A stretch of 64,000 nucleotides of DNA from Verrucomicrobiia bacterium (GCA_036490655.1 DASXDM010000029.1:146670-210669), one strand, 5' to 3'. Positions 18,072 through 27,748 are shown, counted from the first letter of the stretch. Program-made: numbers and translations. The notes: generated by a model not told the origin, from the letters alone.

Positions 18072-19483
18072 GATTTCACCTCCTGCAATTTAACAGGCGG
18101 CCGAACGATGGCGATAAAGCCTTTCGCCAGCGCCAAATTCCATTTGATCGTCATGACAAAAATATTAGCGGCAAACATCAGGCTGCCGAGCAGCAGCAAA
18201 AACAGACCCAGGGTGCTGAAGCGAAGGAATGGCAGCGCGGACTGGAAATTATAATCATTCATCCCCTGCGCCAGGCCGCCGATCGCCAGCATGAGAACCA
18301 GCAGGACAGCTCCGGCCATAAAAGCCCAATGCTGGAAGCGGACGAATTTCGGGAAAGGCCACTCCATACCCATCACCGAAGGCATCAGCTCATAGATCGC
18401 ACCGCAGATGACGATGGTGAAAAAGCCGAGGATTTGAAGGGACGATTGCGCCTGGACATACCAGGTTATCCCGGCCCACGAGCCAAAATGAGGGCAGCCC
18501 AGCGGCAAAAGCATCAACGTGGCCAAAATGAAAGCGGTCGTGCCGAATTTGATGTAACAAAACGGGCCGCCTTTGCACTGCGGCTTCGTTCCTGTGAGCG
18601 AGGGGCCAGTAACGGTTCTGGCAAAAACCGTCAGGAGGGAAAAGATCGGAATGAGCATCAAGACCGAGGCAAAGGTACTGGCGGCCGGCAACCAGGCCGG
18701 GACGGGCGCGCCCTGCGGGATTCCGCACCACGTTGAGAACAGGATAAACGTCACAAAGCCGAACAGCGCCAGGTCAGGATTATGGAGCGGACGCCCGGCG
18801 AACTTTGGCAGGAAATAGAACGCCAATCCAAGGCCAACCAGAGCGAACCAGACAAAGATCAGGTTGTTGGTGAACCACCAATCGATCACCGCCTGGGCCA
18901 CACCGCGCACCGGCCAGGCGACGAGGAAAATATTTGCGGTCGTGTAAATCCATGGGAACCAGACCAATGCCGCGAGCAGGAACCAATGCGCCGGCTGCAA
19001 TTTGCGCTCGCGCCGCGCACCAAACGTCGCCATGGCGGAAATGGCGATCAGCATATAGGCGGAGAATAATAGAACGGAAGCGCCGCGGGGAAATTCCAGC
19101 CATTGAAATCCGGTGGTGTCCCCGATAAAGATCGCCACCAGCCCGACCAAAACACCCAGGTGCCAGATGTTCGCCGCCAGGACCGGCACCAGTGGCAAGA
19201 CCAGTTCAGATTCACTTAAGCGCGCGAACACCCAGAGGATCACTCCGAGTGCGGCGGGAATGCAAAAGCCATAAAGGACGGCATCATTGGCAGCGGCCTG
19301 CAAGCGGCCATAGGCGAGCCAGGAATGATCCGCAAACATTGACGGGTTATGGAAGGTGAGCGAGGCGGCCAACTCGATCGCCAACCCGACCACAAGCCAC
19401 AACGCTGCTCCGCCAAAAAGCGCCAGCAAAGGCACGCGACAAGTATCGCCGATCGCCGGATCAATTTTTTCGTTTCGGTTCAT
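18068..19483 (-). CDS. CcoN-like (heme-copper oxidase subunit I family) polytopic membrane protein lacking the canonical metal-ligand histidines
   Basis: 471 aa. Hand alignment to cbb3 subunit I blocks: YGRLQAAANDAV vs GRLRPLHTNAV, DWWFTNNLIF vs QWWYGHNAVGF, FYFLPKFAGRP vs YYFVPKQAERP, TWCGIPQ vs WAGPHH, WYVQAQSS vs WTIGHVHAG, GAIYELMPSVMG vs GALYHLVPKVFG. See finding. Confidence 0.75.
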   Translation of the reverse strand: MNRNEKIDPAIGDTCRVPLLALFGGAALWLVVGLAIELAASLTFHNPSMFADHSWLAYGRLQAAANDAVLYGFCIPAALGVILWVFARLSESELVLPLVPVLAANIWHLGVLVGLVAIFIGDTTGFQWLEFPRGASVLLFSAYMLIAISAMATFGARRERKLQPAHWFLLAALVWFPWIYTTANIFLVAWPVRGVAQAVIDWWFTNNLIFVWFALVGLGLAFYFLPKFAGRPLHNPDLALFGFVTFILFSTWCGIPQGAPVPAWLPAASTFASVLMLIPIFSLLTVFARTVTGPSLTGTKPQCKGGPFCYIKFGTTAFILATLMLLPLGCPHFGSWAGITWYVQAQSSLQILGFFTIVICGAIYELMPSVMGMEWPFPKFVRFQHWAFMAGAVLLVLMLAIGGLAQGMNDYNFQSALPFLRFSTLGLFLLLLGSLMFAANIFVMTIKWNLALAKGFIAIVRPPVKLQEVKS

Positions 19484-19489
19484 TCAAAT

Positions 19490-19867
19490 CTATTCAAAAA
19501 TGCTGGGTTTCGGCGCCACTTTTGGCAAAGGCGCGGTCGCTTTTTGTGAGCGTGCCAGCAATTCGGCGCGGGCTTGCGCCGGGTTCTGCCATTGCTCGAC
19601 TGACATCTGCAGCGCCATATCGATGGGCAATCGCACGATGCCCCGCTGTTTGTCCACCCAGCCCGGATGGTTGAGCGACGCGACTTCGTTGCTGCGAATA
19701 TTCATCAAGGTGCCGGCGATGACCGCGTTGCGATCGGCGTCGATCGCCGGAGGATGGACAGACAGTTTCGCGATGACGATAAGCACCACGAACAAAAGGC
19801 TGACGATGACAAATCCAACCGCCGCGCCGCTCGCGCGATTGATGCCGACATTGTCGTTCCTGTTCAT
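19490..19867 (-). CDS. Small single-pass membrane protein within the ACIII operon
   Basis: 125-aa ORF with one TM helix (AAVGFVIVSLLFVVLIVIA). Its start overlaps the actF stop by 4 nt. No family recognised. Confidence 0.5.
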   Translation of the reverse strand: MNRNDNVGINRASGAAVGFVIVSLLFVVLIVIAKLSVHPPAIDADRNAVIAGTLMNIRSNEVASLNHPGWVDKQRGIVRLPIDMALQMSVEQWQNPAQARAELLARSQKATAPLPKVAPKPSIFE

Positions 19868-21132
19868 TGCGCGCCTCCTTCATCCGGCAAGGTGCCGGGT
19901 AATTCCTCCGGCTCAAGCCCGATGCCCATCGCCTCGAGCACGCGCGGATCGCGTTGCGGGTAAGGCGGGTGGCTCAGGAATTTTTTCAAGAACACACACG
20001 ACAGAAAACCCAACATAAAAATAAAGCAGCCGAGATGCAGCCAGATCCATTGGAACGGATATCGGTCCGGGCTCACGCCGGGCAGGATGTTGAAGGCCAG
20101 GTCGGTGAAGGACATGAACCACGCCCACAGGCAGATGGGAACCATGATCTTGAAATTCATCTTTACGCGGATGGGCAGCAGAATAAAGAAGGGCAACATG
20201 AAATGCCCGAAAATCAAGAGCAGGCTGATCCCCCACCACGAACCATGTTCGCGGATGAGATACCAGAATGTTTCCTGGGGCATATTCGCGTTCCAGACGA
20301 CGAAATATTGGGCAAATTCATCGTACGCCTGGAACAGGGTGAATGCGAAAAGCAAGGTGCCGATGAAATAGAACGAATGGTCGTGCAGCACACGATCCAG
20401 GATGCGCTGGCGTTGCATGAGCACCATCAGGATATAAATCGTGGCAAGCGCGAGCCATCCACAGCTGGCAAAGTAATAGACTCCGTACTCCGCCGAATAC
20501 CAGCGATGCTCGATGGCCTGCATCCACAGTACCGGCGCCACATACATCATCAATCCCAGCACCACGATCCCCCACCCCGAATAAAAGCGCATCCGGTAAG
20601 TGCATACCGGCTCGCCGGTCACATCCTGCCGCAATGACCAATAATTGATGCGGCCGGTCATCAGCCACCAAATGGCAAAGAAAATGGCTGAAGTGACCCA
20701 GAAACCCGGGATTGTGAACACCGGCCATTTCACGACGACGCTCGGGTCAGTCGCAGGCAGGGACATCCAATGGTAAAGCTGTGTCACCTGCGGGAACTTT
20801 GTGGCAAGAACTGTTGCAAGGATGCCAACCGGCAAGAACAAGATCGCCAGCCACGGGAACAGCAACGACGCCAAGTGTTCATTGACGCGACGCGTCGCCA
20901 CGGACCAGCCGGCATCGCTCAAATGATGGATGAAGACGAAGGCCAACGCGCCGAGCGAGAGCGTCAGGAAAAACATGAAGGACAAGAGCCACGAATAGGC
21001 AAATTCACTGGGGCTGGCGATGAGGCCGATCAGCGACAAAATCCCGCCGATAGCCATCAGGACGGACGGCGCCTTGCGCCAGCCGGAGAGATCCAGCGGC
21101 GGCGGCAATTCATTTTGTACGTGCTTTTGCAT
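19864..21132 (-). CDS. actF: Alternative complex III subunit ActF (polytopic membrane subunit)
   Basis: 422-aa multi-TM protein placed directly after actE, as in described ACIII operons. The call rests on position, size and hydrophobicity. Confidence 0.7.
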   Translation of the reverse strand: MQKHVQNELPPPLDLSGWRKAPSVLMAIGGILSLIGLIASPSEFAYSWLLSFMFFLTLSLGALAFVFIHHLSDAGWSVATRRVNEHLASLLFPWLAILFLPVGILATVLATKFPQVTQLYHWMSLPATDPSVVVKWPVFTIPGFWVTSAIFFAIWWLMTGRINYWSLRQDVTGEPVCTYRMRFYSGWGIVVLGLMMYVAPVLWMQAIEHRWYSAEYGVYYFASCGWLALATIYILMVLMQRQRILDRVLHDHSFYFIGTLLFAFTLFQAYDEFAQYFVVWNANMPQETFWYLIREHGSWWGISLLLIFGHFMLPFFILLPIRVKMNFKIMVPICLWAWFMSFTDLAFNILPGVSPDRYPFQWIWLHLGCFIFMLGFLSCVFLKKFLSHPPYPQRDPRVLEAMGIGLEPEELPGTLPDEGGAQ

Positions 21133-21142
21133 CAGTAGGTAA

Positions 21143-21796
21143 TCATTTCAACGCGGCCTGCTGCTCACCGGACAGATCATTGATGTTGCCAAGCCAGCTC
21201 AATTGCAAGGCGCGCACATACGCCACGATCGCCCAACGGTCTTCAGTGGGGATGATCGGGCCGTAAGCGCCCATGGTGTTCTTGCCATGCGTGATGGTGT
21301 TGAAAATCTCGCCGTCGGTCAGTCCCACAATCCGGGCATCATGAAGGTTTGCCACAGCCGGCATGTCGCCAATGCTCTTGGTGATGCCGTTGCCGTCGCC
21401 CAGGCGTCCGTGGCAGGGCGAACAATAGATGTCAAAACGTTCACGGCCATGCGCGAGCATTGCGCTGCTCACCGGCAACGGGTTGTTCTCAATGAAGTTG
21501 GTCGTCCCGACAATCTTTCCGGTGTTCACTGGTGAATCTTCAAAATAATAGACCGAACCTTCCGTCGTTTGGATGGGATCGTTGCGCGCAATGGTACCGG
21601 CGGGCGGCAATTGCGAGCTGACGCCATTGGCAAAAAATTCGTCCGGCTTCTGCGGGCGCAATCTCGGCTGGCGGTTCATGTCGGCAAAGATCTCAATCGG
21701 CGGTTTGCGCGAGATACGCCCGCGCACTCCGACAATGGCAAATAACGCCACCGAGAGCACGATCACAACCAGGATGACAGAGATGAGATAACGCAT
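21143..21796 (-). CDS. actE: Alternative complex III subunit ActE (monoheme cytochrome c)
   Basis: 217-aa ORF with an N-terminal TM anchor and a single CSPCH heme site. It lies between actD and actF. Confidence 0.8.
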   Translation of the reverse strand: MRYLISVILVVIVLSVALFAIVGVRGRISRKPPIEIFADMNRQPRLRPQKPDEFFANGVSSQLPPAGTIARNDPIQTTEGSVYYFEDSPVNTGKIVGTTNFIENNPLPVSSAMLAHGRERFDIYCSPCHGRLGDGNGITKSIGDMPAVANLHDARIVGLTDGEIFNTITHGKNTMGAYGPIIPTEDRWAIVAYVRALQLSWLGNINDLSGEQQAALK

Positions 21797-22332
21797 CAGT
21801 TGTCCTCCACGATTTCGATGTTGGTCCCGCCGACCTCCTCAAGGAGTTTGCGGGTGGCAACCTCGGAGAATTTCGGATCAGCAGAGCCGATGACGAGGAA
21901 AAATTTATCGCGGGAGACCAGTTCAAAGCGTTTCTTGTTGAACAACGGATGGTGGTGCCGCGGCAGTTGGTTGAGCGCGACCATGCCGATAAACGTGCCG
22001 ACGCCCGCAGCCAATACGAGCAGGATGTAGGCCGGCACGAAAGACATAGGCAGACTGAACATCGGTTTGCCGCCGACGATGAGCGGATAATCGAAATCGT
22101 TGCAATACCAGATCAGGCCCAGGGTGCCAAGGAAGGCGCCCCCGCCGAACACCAGCGAAAACAAGCCGACGAGTGAATTGCCCAGGCCCATGACTTTGTC
22201 GAGGCCGTGGACGGGGAACGGAGAAAAGACGTCCCAACGGTGATAGCCCGCGTCACGGACTTTCTTCGCCGCGTCGAGGACTGCGCCGGGTGAATCAAAC
22301 TCGGCCATGATGCCGTAATTCTGTTCGCTCAC
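21796..22332 (-). CDS. actD: Alternative complex III subunit ActD (DUF3341 family)
   Basis: 178-aa ORF. The N-terminus YGIMAEFDSPGAVLDAAKKVRDAGY is typical of ActD/DUF3341 and is followed by two TM helices. It overlaps actC by 4 nt. Confidence 0.8.
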   Translation of the reverse strand: MSEQNYGIMAEFDSPGAVLDAAKKVRDAGYHRWDVFSPFPVHGLDKVMGLGNSLVGLFSLVFGGGAFLGTLGLIWYCNDFDYPLIVGGKPMFSLPMSFVPAYILLVLAAGVGTFIGMVALNQLPRHHHPLFNKKRFELVSRDKFFLVIGSADPKFSEVATRKLLEEVGGTNIEIVEDN

Positions 22333-23759
22333 GACTTGCCTCCTTTCGCCCCGCCGAGCGGGTGATGAGGATCGGCTTGCGGTGTGATGGCCTTGACTTC
22401 CGAGACAGGGACCATCGGCAAAAAGCGGATGAACAATAGATACATCGTGAAGAAGACGCCGAGCGTGCCGACATAGGTCATCACGTCCACCCAGGTCTGC
22501 TTATAAAAACCCCAGTTGGCGGGCAGAAAATCCTGGTAGAGCGAGCCGACAATGATGGTGAAGCGCTCGAACCACATGCCCAGGTTAATGAGCAGGCCGA
22601 GGACAAACACAAACTTGAGATTAGCGCGAAACTTCTTGAACCACAGCAATTGCGCCAGGCCGACGTTGACGACGAGCATGATCCAGCCGCCATACCAATA
22701 CGTGTGGCCCAACAGACGATGACTGAACACCCAGCGTTCATAAGGATCGCCGCTGTACCATGCGATGAAATATTCCATCAAGTAAATGTAGCCGATGGCC
22801 AAACTGCTCAAGAGGGTCAGCTTGCAGATGCGATCCATGTGCCGCATCGTGATGATGTCTTCCAGATTGCAAAGTTTTCGCAGCGGGATCAGCAGGACCA
22901 AAATCATGCCGAAGCCGCAATAAACTGCGCCGACGACGAAATACAGCGGGAAAATCGTCGCATGCCAGCCGGCGATCTGCGCCGTGGCAAAGTCCAGGCC
23001 GACGATCGAGCTGACGGTGAACACCAGCAACGTCGCCAAACCGGACAGGATGAGATAGGCCTTTTCGTAATTATGCCAGTGCCGGGCCGAACCGGTCCAA
23101 CCGAGGGCAAACAACCCATACGCGAATTTCTTCACCGGGGTTCTTGCACGGTCGCGCAGGAGCGCCAGATCGGGAATCAATCCCATGTACCAAAATACCG
23201 ATGAGATCACGAGATAGGTATTGACGGCAAAAACGTCCCACATCAGCGGCGAACGGAATTGCGGCCACATCCCCTCATACGTCGGCACGGGGAACATGAA
23301 CCAGTCGAACCACGCGCGACCGACGTGGATGCCTGGATAAAGCCCGGCCATCATCACGGCGAACACGGTCATCGCCTCGGCAGCGCGGCCGATGGCTGTG
23401 CGCCAATGTTGCCGCGTCAAAAATAACATCGCTGAAATGAGGGTGCCGGCGTGGGCCACACCGACCCACCAGACGAAATTGATGATGTCCCAGCCCCACA
23501 TGACCGGCTTGTTATTACCCCAGACACCGACGCCGGTGGAGATCTGGTAAGCCAACATCCCGGGCAGCACGAATGCCGCGCAGAATGCCGCCGGGGCAAA
23601 GGCAACCCACCACCAGAGCGGAGTTTTGCCGTCATTGAATGCGGTCAGCCTGTCCGTCAACCAGCCAAGGCCCTGATTGCCGATGATATTCGGCGAACGG
23701 CGCAGTTCCGGCGGCGGAGCAAGCGTTTTACGCAATTCAATCTGTGTCGTCTCTGGCAT
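22329..23759 (-). CDS. actC: Alternative complex III subunit ActC (NrfD/PsrC-type quinol-interacting membrane subunit)
   Basis: 476-aa polytopic membrane protein of NrfD-like character, placed immediately after actB. Confidence 0.85.
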   Translation of the reverse strand: MPETTQIELRKTLAPPPELRRSPNIIGNQGLGWLTDRLTAFNDGKTPLWWWVAFAPAAFCAAFVLPGMLAYQISTGVGVWGNNKPVMWGWDIINFVWWVGVAHAGTLISAMLFLTRQHWRTAIGRAAEAMTVFAVMMAGLYPGIHVGRAWFDWFMFPVPTYEGMWPQFRSPLMWDVFAVNTYLVISSVFWYMGLIPDLALLRDRARTPVKKFAYGLFALGWTGSARHWHNYEKAYLILSGLATLLVFTVSSIVGLDFATAQIAGWHATIFPLYFVVGAVYCGFGMILVLLIPLRKLCNLEDIITMRHMDRICKLTLLSSLAIGYIYLMEYFIAWYSGDPYERWVFSHRLLGHTYWYGGWIMLVVNVGLAQLLWFKKFRANLKFVFVLGLLINLGMWFERFTIIVGSLYQDFLPANWGFYKQTWVDVMTYVGTLGVFFTMYLLFIRFLPMVPVSEVKAITPQADPHHPLGGAKGGKS

Positions 23760-23766
23760 TTAAAAT

Positions 23767-26700
23767 TTAGCTGGTTGTTTTCGGCATTTCACCGCCGCGA
23801 TCTTCGTACTCCTCCGTGCTGAACGGCACATGGAAGTCCGGCATGGCCGGGTTCGGGTTGCGGATGCGCGCGAGATAACTCGTGCGCGGCTTCGTCAACA
23901 AGTTGCCGAGCAACAGGTAATTCTGGGATTGGTTTTTCCACTTCATCACGCTGCTTTCCGGATCGCTGATATCGCCGAAGACGATGGCGCCCGCCGGACA
24001 GGCCTGTTGGCAGGCCGTCTTGGGGACGGTGCCTTGAGCTTCAATGAGGCGAACGTCGTTGCCGGCGCCGGCCTTGACCTTCTGCGCGATCTTCGCGTGC
24101 TCGATCCGCTGCGTGCAGTACGTGCATTTTTCCATGACGCCGCGCATACGCACGGTCACGTCCGGATTCTTTGAAAGCTTGATCAGGTCCCACGTTTCCT
24201 CATCGGTCAAAGGCGCTTCGCGGTCTTTCCACCAGCGCACCAAGTCGGATTGGCCGTCAGTTTTGCTGAAGAGCGGCGTCGGATAGTACGGCCCCTTTAA
24301 TTCGTCCAGCGGACGCTTGTTGTAATCGAGGAAATTGAAATGGCGAACTTTGTACGGGCAATTGTTCGAGCAGTAACGCGTGCCGATGCAACGGTTGTAC
24401 GCCATCACGTTCAGGCCTTCCTGGTCGTGGACGGTGGCGTTCACGGGGCAGACGTTTTCGCACGGGGCGGCCTCGCACATCTGGCACATCACCGGCTGGT
24501 TCACGGCCTGCACTTCGTCGATCCAACTCGAAAACTGCTGCTCGTTGTCTTTGACGTAAGTCTCGGGGAATTTCTCAGTCTTGGGATCGGCGGTATAATA
24601 ACGGTCGATACGCATCCAATGCATCTCGCGGCCGCGCAACACCTGGTCTTTGCCCACGATGGGAATATTGTTCTCGCTCTGGCACGCCAACACGCACGTA
24701 TTGCAACCGACGCACGCGGTCAAATCCACTGCCATGCCCCATTGGTGCAAGGCGGTTTTCTCAGCGGCATCGAGCGGGTTGGGATAAAGAGACTGGACGA
24801 TCGGGGGCTCCGGCTCGTGCATCTCCGCCGCGTATGCCGGGTTTTTCTCGAAATCCGCCAGGTTGACTTCGCGCACCGCCGGGCGGCCTTCCATGGACCA
24901 ATGCGTCTGCGTAGTCGCAATGACGTGTGAATCTCCGGTCTTGCTGACCGTGGCGCCGGTCTCGACGTATTTACCGTTGAAAATTTTATAGGCGTTGAAT
25001 CCAACACCCGTGCCAATCCGCCCTGCTTTCTCGCGGCCATAACCGAGCGCGATGCCGAGCGAATAATCCGCCATGCCGGGCTGCGTCCAGACCGGGCCGG
25101 AAACTTTTTTACCATTCAACGAAATCTCCACGACGTCGCCGTTTTGGACACCGAGATCGCTTGCCGTTTTGCGGCTGACAAGGACCGCATTGTCCCAGAC
25201 AATTTTGGTGATTGGGTCCGGCAATTCCTGCATCCAGCCGTTATTGGCGTAGCAGCCGTCGTCCACTTTCGAATCACGATAGAAAACAACTTCGAGGGAA
25301 TTGGCAGAAGGCGCGGAGGCGCTCGCGACGCGAGGAATCGACGTCAATTGATCACTTGGAAGATTCACCGGGCCGCCAGCGGAACCTTCAAGAAAACCGT
25401 TATATAAAAATTTCTTCCAGCCTTCATCACTGCCGCGGAAAGTTTTTTGAACGATCTCGTGCGGGTTTGTCTCCGTTTCACCGGCCAGCCGCGCCAAAAA
25501 TTCCAAATCAGTCAATCCGCCGAAGAGCGGTTGGATCAATGGCTGGATGGCCACGGTAGTTCCATCGCTGGTCAGCGCATCGCCCCAGGACTCGAGATAA
25601 TGGGCGGCCGGGAAATGCCAGTTGGAACCATTCGCCGTTTCGTCTTCGTAATATCCGAGACGAATGACCTCCCCGCTTTTTGCCACACTGATGGATGAAT
25701 CGATCGACCGATGGTAAGCCGGGTTGCCGCCCAAAATCACCAATGACTGTATTGAGTAACCGGATTTAATCAATTGATTGAATTCATCGAGCCTGCCGCC
25801 GAAAGTTTCCGGCGACGGCACCAGGGTCATCGTTTTGCCGATTGCGCCGAGAACGGAATTGATGGCATGAGCAATCAGATGCACTTCCATGGGCTGGCGG
25901 TGTCCGGCGACGACTAAAGCATTTCCACGGTTGGCCAGCAAATCCCTGGCGCATTCCATGATCCAATTGGGATCCACTCCGCCAGGAATCTTGAGGGATT
26001 GCCCGGTGACACCGGCATAAAACGCCGCTGCGATCTGGGGAACCAAACTCGCCGCCACCCGCAGGCGATGGTCTGCATTCGCGCCGGTCAACGTGAACAA
26101 AGATTCGACGCTGTAAAGCCGGCTCATGCCGTCCTTAGCTTTACGGCCAGCAGCATATTTTTGGATATTATTATGCGCATTGTCCTCGCCGCCGATGAAA
26201 TCGCTGTCGAGCGACAGGATGACTTTCGCTTTATCAAAATTAAAGATGGGCTTGACCGCCTGGCCGTAGGCCTGCGTGGCCGCGCGCTGATGGATGCCGG
26301 AATCGATCGCGTCGTACGTGAACCACTTCGACTCGGGCAATTTTCGCGTGATGATCGCCTGCAAGCGCGCCCGTGAAGGCGACGTGCTGGTTTCCGCGAC
26401 GAAGACGAGCCCCCGCCCTCCGTTCGCCGAGAATTTTTGCGACAGGGCACTTAACGCGTTCAGCGCCTGGTCGCGAGAAACCGCCTGGCCATTGCTCACA
26501 AACCGGCGGGCGCGGTCAGGGTCGTAAAGATTCAGGATGGACGCCTGCGCAAAGCGATCGGTGCCGCCATTGCTTCCTGGATAAAGCGAATTGCCTTCAA
26601 CTTTTATCGGACGCCCGTCGTATGACTTGGCGACCAGCGGAATGGCGCCAGTGCGCGTGGGCATGGCGGTCGCATAATATTCGTAGGTGCCAAAAGTGTA

Positions 26701-26976
26701 ATTCTCCGGCTGCTGGCCGAACGGCTCCAGATGCTCTTCCGGACGACGGCAACCTGCGCCTGCGAGGCCCAAGCCCGCCAGCGCGAACGAGGCCGACATG
26801 ATTTTCAGGAAATGCCGGCGCGAAACGTCATCGGGAAATTCGCTGGCGCCTTTCGGAAATTCCCGGTGCAGCCATTCCTTGAACTCCGGCGTATCCGCGA
26901 GTTCGTCCATGCTGCGCCAGTAACGGCGGCCATTTCCATTTCCGGAAGTATGTGAAATTTCGTTCATCGATGACAT
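23767..26976 (-). CDS. actB: Alternative complex III subunit ActB (molybdopterin-oxidoreductase-like / 4Fe-4S fusion, Tat signal)
   Basis: 1069 aa with the twin-arginine signal SRRHFLKIMSASFALAGLGLAGAGC and a molybdopterin-oxidoreductase-like N-terminal half. The C-terminal ferredoxin-type clusters are CVGCNTCVLAC, CQMCEAAPCENVCP, CIGTRYCSNNCP and CTYC...CQQACP. Confidence 0.9.
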   Translation of the reverse strand: MSSMNEISHTSGNGNGRRYWRSMDELADTPEFKEWLHREFPKGASEFPDDVSRRHFLKIMSASFALAGLGLAGAGCRRPEEHLEPFGQQPENYTFGTYEYYATAMPTRTGAIPLVAKSYDGRPIKVEGNSLYPGSNGGTDRFAQASILNLYDPDRARRFVSNGQAVSRDQALNALSALSQKFSANGGRGLVFVAETSTSPSRARLQAIITRKLPESKWFTYDAIDSGIHQRAATQAYGQAVKPIFNFDKAKVILSLDSDFIGGEDNAHNNIQKYAAGRKAKDGMSRLYSVESLFTLTGANADHRLRVAASLVPQIAAAFYAGVTGQSLKIPGGVDPNWIMECARDLLANRGNALVVAGHRQPMEVHLIAHAINSVLGAIGKTMTLVPSPETFGGRLDEFNQLIKSGYSIQSLVILGGNPAYHRSIDSSISVAKSGEVIRLGYYEDETANGSNWHFPAAHYLESWGDALTSDGTTVAIQPLIQPLFGGLTDLEFLARLAGETETNPHEIVQKTFRGSDEGWKKFLYNGFLEGSAGGPVNLPSDQLTSIPRVASASAPSANSLEVVFYRDSKVDDGCYANNGWMQELPDPITKIVWDNAVLVSRKTASDLGVQNGDVVEISLNGKKVSGPVWTQPGMADYSLGIALGYGREKAGRIGTGVGFNAYKIFNGKYVETGATVSKTGDSHVIATTQTHWSMEGRPAVREVNLADFEKNPAYAAEMHEPEPPIVQSLYPNPLDAAEKTALHQWGMAVDLTACVGCNTCVLACQSENNIPIVGKDQVLRGREMHWMRIDRYYTADPKTEKFPETYVKDNEQQFSSWIDEVQAVNQPVMCQMCEAAPCENVCPVNATVHDQEGLNVMAYNRCIGTRYCSNNCPYKVRHFNFLDYNKRPLDELKGPYYPTPLFSKTDGQSDLVRWWKDREAPLTDEETWDLIKLSKNPDVTVRMRGVMEKCTYCTQRIEHAKIAQKVKAGAGNDVRLIEAQGTVPKTACQQACPAGAIVFGDISDPESSVMKWKNQSQNYLLLGNLLTKPRTSYLARIRNPNPAMPDFHVPFSTEEYEDRGGEMPKTTS

Positions 26977-27659
26977 GCCGAACAGTTTTGCAATGATTCC
27001 ACGTGCATATGGTCGACCAGTTTCTGGCCTTCCACGGCCTGGTCGTGCGCGGCTTCAACGGAATTTGTGCTCCAAACCCAGCCTAAATCCGTCACTTTGT
27101 CCACCGGGCGGATATGGGACGCCGGGTCGCGATGGCAATTCAGGCAAAAACTCATGCTCAACGGCTTGGCGTGATAGACGGTGTCCATCTCATCCACGCG
27201 CCCATGGCATTCCACGCAACTGATACCGCGGCGCACGTGCACGGAATGGTTGAAATACACATAATCGGGCGTGATATGGACCTGCACCCAGGCGATCGGC
27301 TTGCCGGTCGCGGCGCTGTCGCGGACAATGGCCAGTCGCGGATCGTCTTTCAGGACGGTGCTATGGCAGTTCATACAGGTTGAAGCGCCGGGCAGATTGG
27401 AGAACCATGATTTTTCCACTCCATTATGACAGTAACGGCAATCGATGCCGAGGGCGCCGGCGTGGACTTTGTGGGAAAAGGGCACCGGCTGCACTGGCTG
27501 ATAGCCAACTCGCGTGTAGCTGGGTGTACAATAGTAGGCAACCGCCGCCGTCACCACTCCGCCAGCGATGGCAAGAACAATGACGATCCATAACGGCAAC
27601 CAATTTGTCCATTTCGGGAAAATTGCAGGCATTTCAAACGGCCGTGAAGGCCAAACCAC
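26964..27659 (-). CDS. actA: Alternative complex III subunit ActA (pentaheme cytochrome c)
   Basis: 231 aa with an N-terminal TM helix and five CxxCH sites (CRYCH, CMNCH, CVECH, CLNCH, CSACH). It overlaps actB by 13 nt. Confidence 0.85.
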   Translation of the reverse strand: MVWPSRPFEMPAIFPKWTNWLPLWIVIVLAIAGGVVTAAVAYYCTPSYTRVGYQPVQPVPFSHKVHAGALGIDCRYCHNGVEKSWFSNLPGASTCMNCHSTVLKDDPRLAIVRDSAATGKPIAWVQVHITPDYVYFNHSVHVRRGISCVECHGRVDEMDTVYHAKPLSMSFCLNCHRDPASHIRPVDKVTDLGWVWSTNSVEAAHDQAVEGQKLVDHMHVESLQNCSACHR

Positions 27660-27732
27660 ACCTATTTAACACGCTTAAATCGTGTCGGGGGCAGATACTA
27701 AATAATTTGTTCCGGGCAGTGCAAGAAAAGTT

Positions 27733-27748
27733 TGTGAAATTTTTCACT
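27733..27748. promoter_or_regulatory. CRP/FNR-family-like palindrome TGTGA-N6-TCACT upstream of actA
   Basis: The sequence is tgtgaaatttttcact, centred ~81 nt upstream of the actA ATG in an AT-rich spacer. A second GTGAA-N7-TTCAC inverted repeat lies at 27806-27822. Confidence 0.3.
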
